NCBI GenBank assembly: GCA_963779375.1
Contig: CAVZXW010000020.1
Location: forward strand, 38,762-102,761
Source: an uncultured Chloroflexia bacterium
Lineage (GTDB): Bacteria > Chloroflexota > Limnocylindria > Limnocylindrales > CSP1-4
Length of the DNA: 64,000 bases
Direction: 5' to 3'
A program made the position numbers and the translations under genes. Under the pieces are notes generated by a model. The model was not told the origin of the DNA and searched no databases. It saw only the letters and a program-made list of their open reading frames with translations. Of this stretch, positions 59,103 to 64,000 are shown piece by piece. The stretch's first letter is position 1. The number at the start of each line of letters is the position of its first letter.

Positions 59103-60418
59103 GTGTATCGTTCGGGTGTGGAGCCGGGCGGGACGCCGGGAACGACGGACGACATCCTCCACCCGTGGCCGACTCCTGCGGAGATCCTGGATCACCTCCG
59201 GGGCGAACTGGGGGGCGACGGGTGGCGCCGCGTCTGGTCCTCGGCGTCGATGTCCGCCATCGCCGTCGCAGTCGTGTCCGCCGCGATCTACCTCTTCAGT
59301 GCGCCCCGCGACCCGACGTCGCAGGACTACTTCGTGCGGCTGGCGGACGCGTTCCTGCACGGACACATCTACCTGACCGACCATCCGAGCTGGCTGAGCG
59401 AGCTCATCCCGCGCGACGGCGTCTACTACGTCCCGTACCCGCCCATGCCCGCGATCCTGCTGATGCCGCTCGTGGCCATCTTCGGCACCGAGCTTCCCGC
59501 AGCAGGCGGCGAGCTGCGTCTTCGCCGGGATCGGGGTTGGTCTGGCCTGGGCCATGCTCGGCCGCTTCGACCTCGAGACGCGGGTTCGCTCGCTCTTGAC
59601 CATGGTCTTCGCGTTCGGCACGACCCTCTGGTACACGGCCGAGACGGGCACGGCCTGGTACATCGGCCACTCCGTGGCGATCATGTTCGCGACCGCCGCT
59701 CTGCTGCTGGCGCTCGACCGCCGGTGGCCGTGGGCGTGCGGAGTCCTTCTTGGCTGCGCCACCCTGGCCCGGCTTCCCGTGGGCCTCGGCGCACCCTTCT
59801 ACCTCGCCATGCTGGTGGGCATCGGTTGGCCGCCCCGCATCGCCCGGCGGGACGTGCCCGAGGCGTTCATGACGGCCGTGTGGTTCGTCCTCGGGCTTGC
59901 CGTACCGATGGCCCTCTACCTCGGGTACAACATCGCGCGGTGGGGCACGCCGATGGACCTCGGCTACACGAGCATCCCGGGCGTCCTCAACGAGCCGTAC
60001 TACCAGCAGGGCATCCTCTCGATCTCGTACATCCCCCGTCACCTGTACGCGATCTTCCTGCGGAGCTGGAACTTCGTGGACCACCCGCCGTGGCTTCAGC
60101 CGTCGTGGTGGGGCCTGTCACTGTTCCTGACGACGCCACTGTTCGTGTGGCTCGCGAAAGCGCGCCGCGATGACCCGCACGTGGTGGGCGGCTCTCGGGA
60201 TCGGGCTCACGCTGCTGCCGATCATCACGCACGGCAACATCGGCTTCACGCAGTTCGGCTACCGCTTCAGCCTCGACTTCCAGCCATTGCTGTTCGTCGT
60301 GCTGGCGGTGGTCTTCCGGAACGGCATGTCGAGGATCGCCATCGCTGCCGCGATCGCGTCGATCGCGATCAACCTCTACGCGGTCTGGGCGATCGGAACC
60401 GGCTTCGTGGCGTTCTGA
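59103..60418 (+). pseudogene. GT-C-fold membrane glycosyltransferase (ArnT/PMT-like); two frame changes (~59500, ~60170)
   Basis: YYVPYPPMPAILLMPLVAIFGTEL (ORF 59103) joins QQAASCVFAGIGVGLAWAMLGRFDL... (ORF 59554). That in turn joins TRTWWAALGIGLTLLPIITHGNIGFTQFGYRFSLDF (ORF 60170..60418). The start is uncertain. Confidence 0.72.
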
Positions 60419-60451
60419 CCGGGCCTCCCCGCAGTTCCCCGCGCGGCGGTA

Positions 60452-60898
60452 TCAGCCCTTGGGCTCGACGACCACCGTCACCTCGGGCGTCATGCCCGAG
60501 AACACCTTGACCGCGACCTTGTAGGTCCCGAGCGCCTTGAGCGGCTCGCTCAGCTCGATCTTGTGGCGGTCGACCATGATGCCCCGCCGGCCAAGCGCGT
60601 CCGCGATCTCCTTGGCCGTGATCGAGCCGTAGAGCTTGCCGCCCTCGCCGACCTTGACGCCCATCGTGAGCGTGGTGCTGTTGATCCGGTTCGCGGCGAT
60701 CTCGGCCTCTTCGCGCTCGCGCCGGCGCTTCTCCTCGCGGCTGGCGATGTCGTGCTGCCAGGCCCTGTACGCGCCGCCCGCGGCGGGCACGGCCAGCTTG
60801 TGCGGGATCAGGTAGTTCCGGGCGAACCCCTCGGCGACGTCCTTGAGCTCTCCGCTCTTGCCGATCTTCTCGACGTCGGCCGTCAGGATGACCTTCAC
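60452..60898 (-). CDS. rplI: 50S ribosomal protein bL9
   Basis: Intact 148-aa ORF: MKVILTADVEKIGKSGELKDVAEGFARNYLIP. GGAGGA is present upstream of the GTG. Confidence 0.93.
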   Translation of the reverse strand: MKVILTADVEKIGKSGELKDVAEGFARNYLIPHKLAVPAAGGAYRAWQHDIASREEKRRREREEAEIAANRINSTTLTMGVKVGEGGKLYGSITAKEIADALGRRGIMVDRHKIELSEPLKALGTYKVAVKVFSGMTPEVTVVVEPKG

Positions 60899-61387
60899 GC
60901 GTCCTCCATGCTGAGCCAGGCCCGGACTCGACGGTCCATCCCGGCATGCCTTGCGGCGGTTCCCGGCCGCGCGGAGCGACGCCCGGAAGGCGCGTCGCGA
61001 GCCGGCGGACTGGGCGGGGAATCAGGCGCCGCACCTGGGCGCGGTCGTGCTCGAACGCCTCGCGGTCGATGTCGAGATCCTCGAGCTTCTCGTCGAGCAT
61101 ACCTGCGGGCAGGCCGTCGAGGAACAGCTCGAACGCGAGAACGAGCACGACCACGTCGTCGATGCCGCCGATGACGGGGATGGCGTCCGGGATGAGGTCA
61201 AGCGGCGACGCGACGTATCCGGCCGCGAGGCCAAGGATGGCCTTGCGCGCCAGCGGCACGCGCTCGTCCCTGCACGCAGCTCCACCACGAGTCGCCCGTA
61301 TGTGGGCACGCGCGACGCAAGCGGAAGGAAGGCGAGGTAATTCAGCGTGCGGACGAGGTTCGAGCGGCAATTCCTGGATCGGGCCAT
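60895..61387 (-). pseudogene. YkvA/DUF1232-family membrane protein; probably two frame changes
   Basis: MARSRNCRSNLVRTLNYLAFLPLASRVPTYGRLVVEL (ORF 61022..61387) joins DERVPLARKAILGLAAGYVASPLDLIPDAIPVIGGIDD (frame of ORF 60369..61577). A third frame ends in a TGA overlapping the rplI GTG. Confidence 0.65.
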
Positions 61388-61510
61388 CGGGACGAGCAGT
61401 ATAGCGGGCGGGAACGCTGCTCACCCGCACCCGACCGGGCCCACGCGAAGTGGGCAGTTCGACCGGCCCGCCCGGCGGCTGGCGACCGCCGACAGGACGG
61501 CCGACAGACC

Positions 61511-61539
61511 TTGACAATCGAACAGGCGTTCTGTACGGT
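61511..61539 (+). promoter_or_regulatory. lexA promoter with embedded LexA box: TTGACA-atCGAACAGGCGTTCTg-TACGGT
   Basis: -35 TTGACA (61511-16) and -10 TACGGT (61534-39) with 17-nt spacing. GAAC-N4-GTTC at 61520-61531. GAAGGAGG lies before GTG 61559. Confidence 0.8.
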
Positions 61540-61558
61540 GCCCACGAAGGAGGCGCAG

Positions 61559-62208
61559 GTGACGAAGCACGACGCACTGCGCAAGCAGCGCATCATCGAG
61601 TACATCGCCGCGACGCTCCGCGCCCGTGGGTATCCGCCGTCCGTGCGCGAAATCGCCCGTGCGGTCGACCTCGCCTCCACGTCGGCCGTCCACCACCACC
61701 TCGCGGTCCTCGAGCGCGAGGGCTACCTCGAGCGCGGCGCCACGCAGTCGCGTGCCCTCCGCCTCACGCCCCGCGCGGCCCTCGAGGTCGGACTGGCGTC
61801 GGAGCTCGTCCCGCAGGTACCTCGCCAGAACTCGTACTACCTGCCGATGATCGGCGAGATCGCGGCCGGCGGCCCCATCGAGGCGTACCAGGATGCCGAG
61901 CGAGACCATGGCCGTCCCGGACGTGATCGCGCCCAGCGGGGACGCGTACGTGCTCCGCGTTCGCGGCGACCGATGATCGAAGCGCACATCCGGACGGGGA
62001 CTTCGTCGTCATCCGGCCGCAGCAGACCGCACGAGACGGTGACATCGTGGTGGCCCAGGTCGAAGAGAACGCCGTCACCCTCAAGCAGTTCTTCAAGGAG
62101 TCGCGGCCGGGTCCGGCTGCAGCCCGCCAATGACCGGTACCCCCGCAGTTCTACGAAGACGTCAGGATCCAGGGCAAGCTCATCGGGGTGATCCGCCGGC
62201 TCGATTGA
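61559..62208 (+). pseudogene. lexA: LexA repressor; at least 5 frame changes in the C-terminal half
   Basis: VTKHDALRKQRIIEYIAATLRARGYPPSVREIARAV...YLPMIGEIAAGGPIEAY is intact. MAVPDVIAPSGDAYVLRVRGD, MIEAHI, DGDFVVIRPQQTARDGDIVVAQVEENAVTLKQF, VRLQPAN and QGKLIGVIRRLD then lie in alternating frames. Confidence 0.88.
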
Positions 62209-62407
62209 CGGCGCCGGCGCCGGGCGACCGAATCCCGGCCGTCCGGCCTTATCCACCGTTGCGCCCCGGCTGTCCACAGGCGCGGCCAGTTGTCAACAGT
62301 TCGGCGCGATGGGCCGCCGAGGTTGTTGGCAAGCCCCTTCGCTTTCCGCGTCCGACGCGAGAGCATCGTCTCCGGCGGGCGCCCGACCCGCGATCTCCGG
62401 AGCCACC

Positions 62408-63774
62408 GTGTCCATCGATCGCCTGCCGCCGCAATCCATCGAAGCCGAACAGTCCGTTCTCGGCGCCCTCCTCATCGATCGCGACGCGGTCATCGAGGTC
62501 GCGGACCTGCTCAAGGCCGAGGACTTCTACCGCGCCACCACGGCGAGGTCTATGCGGCCGTCATCGAGCTGTACGAACGACGTGAGCCGGTCGACATGGT
62601 CACGGTCGCAGAGGTCCTCGAGCGGAAGGGCCAGCTCGAGTCGGTCGGCGGCTCGGCATATCTCACCAGCCTGATCAACCTCACGCCCACCGCGGTCAAC
62701 GCCGCGTACTACGCGCGCATCGTCGAGCGCAAGGCCATCCTGCGGAACCTCATCTCGGCGGCAGGACGGATCGCCGGCATCGGGTACGACGAGTCCGCCG
62801 ACGTCTACGAGGCGATCGACCGGGCGGAGAGCGAGCTGTTCGCCGTCAGCCAGCGGCGCGTCCAGGTGCGGGTTCAGCCCGCTGCGCCAGCTCCTGCACA
62901 GCCGCGTACGACCGGCTCGACTACCTGCACCAGCACAAGGGCGAGATCAGCGGCGTCCGCACCGGGTTCGCGGACCTCGACGCGCTCACCACGGGGCTTC
63001 AGAAGCTCGGACCTGGTCATCGTCGCGGCGCGCCCCTCCATCGGCAAGACGAGCCTCGCGCTGAACTTCGCGGAGCATGCCGCGGTTCGCGAGGGCGGAC
63101 GGTCGGCATCTTCAGCCTCGAGATGAGCAAGGAGCAGCTCGTGCTCCGGCTGCTGAGTTCCGTGGCGAACATCAATTCGCAGCGCCTGCGAACCGGCTTC
63201 CTCGAGGAGATGGACTTCACGCGCCTCGCCCCGGCCATGAACGCCCTGGCCGAGGCGCCCGATCTACATCGACGACACGCCCAACATCAGCACCATGGAG
63301 CTCCGCACGAAGGCCCGGCGGTTGCAGGCGGAGGCGGGACTCGACCTCGTGGTGGTGGACTACCTCCAGCTGATGCAGTCAAGCGTGACCAGTCCCGAGA
63401 CGCGAACCGGGTCCAGGAAGTGTCCGAGATCTCGCGCGGACTCAAGGCACTCGCTCGCGAGTTGCAGGTGCCCGTGGTGGCGCTTTCCCAGCTGTCGCGG
63501 CAACCCGAGATGCGCGGAATCGAAAGAACCGCGCCTGTCGGACCTGCGCGAGTCCGGCTCCATCGAGCAGGACGCGGACCTCGTGATGTTCCTGTGGCGC
63601 GAGAAGGAACGCGGCGGCAGAAGACGCAGGAGGCGGACGGCGAGATCATCAACGCTCAAGCTGGCCAAGCACCGGAACGGCCCCACGGGCGAGGTTCGGC
63701 TCTGGTTCAAGAAGCGCCAGACGCGGTTCGTGTCGTACGCCGACTCCGAGCGCTACGCGGCCGACCTGGCCTGA
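62408..63774 (+). pseudogene. dnaB: Replicative DNA helicase DnaB; about 8-10 frame changes
   Basis: LPPQSIEAEQSVLGALLID..., HGEVYAAVIELYERREPVDMVTV...YARIVERKAILRNLI, SGVRTGFADLDALTTG, DLVIVAARPSIGKTSLALNFA, IFSLEMSKEQLVLRLL, LDLVVVDYLQLM, LARELQVPVVALSQLSR, LSDLRESGSIEQDADLVMFL and AKHRNGPTGEV are spread over all three frames. Confidence 0.9.
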
Positions 63775-64000
63775 TCCGCGCCATCCCGGTCTGCCATGGC
63801 GGGCCCGACATGTTCGCCTGCGCACGGTGGGCGCCCGCAACCCGGGTCGCGCGTGCGACACGTCGCGGCCGCGAATTTCGCATTCCCGTCCCCTGCGGGG
63901 AGCCGAATGGCGTTGCGGGGCCCTTGACAGCACGCGTATATTCGCGCGGTTCCGAGCGACGGGCTGTCGCTCCTGCCGGGTGTGCTCCCCCACCTGTCAC

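Noticed and set aside
63930-63960. TTGACA...TATATT downstream of dnaB as a promoter.
   Set aside because: The spacing between the two hexamers is only ~7 nt and no gene start lies inside the window to support it. It is left unannotated.

Overview
This is a ~72% GC chromosomal segment that looks like a high-GC Gram-positive-type bacterium (Actinomycetota/Chloroflexota-like). I infer that from GAAC-N4-GTTC SOS boxes, a PASTA kinase and a ThiXYZ/RibXY-like transporter.

Content is mostly housekeeping and metabolic.
- Genes from the left edge: a copper-handling string on the minus strand (CopC-CopD-beta-propeller fusion, SCO1/SenC, a DUF5946-like protein, an ATP-dependent DNA ligase) and bL25. 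Then an OmpR/HK two-component pair, htrA, folC-folP-folB, a PASTA Ser/Thr kinase, galU and tRNA-Glu.
- Middle of the window: a LacI regulator beside a glycosidase remnant, an FAH-family gene, tdh-kbl, a repeat-rich methyltransferase, PHP and MBL hydrolases, and two tandem large surface proteins. Then an MFS transporter, vapBC, argS and an HExxH protease.
- Right end: hutI with a glutamate formimidoyltransferase gene, and an FMN riboswitch in front of a ThiXYZ-like ABC importer. Then cyclodeaminase-folD, an SOS-box-controlled small ORF next to dinB, two membrane glycosyltransferases, rplI, lexA and dnaB.
- No transposase, integrase, CRISPR array or recognisable defence island is present.

The most notable observations are these.
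1. Clusters of single-base indels break about 25 genes, including essential dnaB, argS and lexA. Multi-kb neighbouring stretches are clean, so assembly error is more likely than biology.
2. The two surface-protein genes share a ~720-bp near-identical 3' module, including the terminator and a non-LPXTG C-terminal anchor.
3. A family of ~210-bp inverted-repeat elements sits in convergent intergenic regions.
4. An orphan terminator follows a CU-rich tract and may mark an sRNA.
5. Short tandem repeats are frequent, both in-frame and intergenic.

Many long Arg/Pro/Gly-rich ORFs in the six-frame track are wrong-frame or antisense artefacts of the high GC and were ignored. CDS ends come from ORF-track arithmetic. 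Hand-located small motifs may be off by 1-2 nt.
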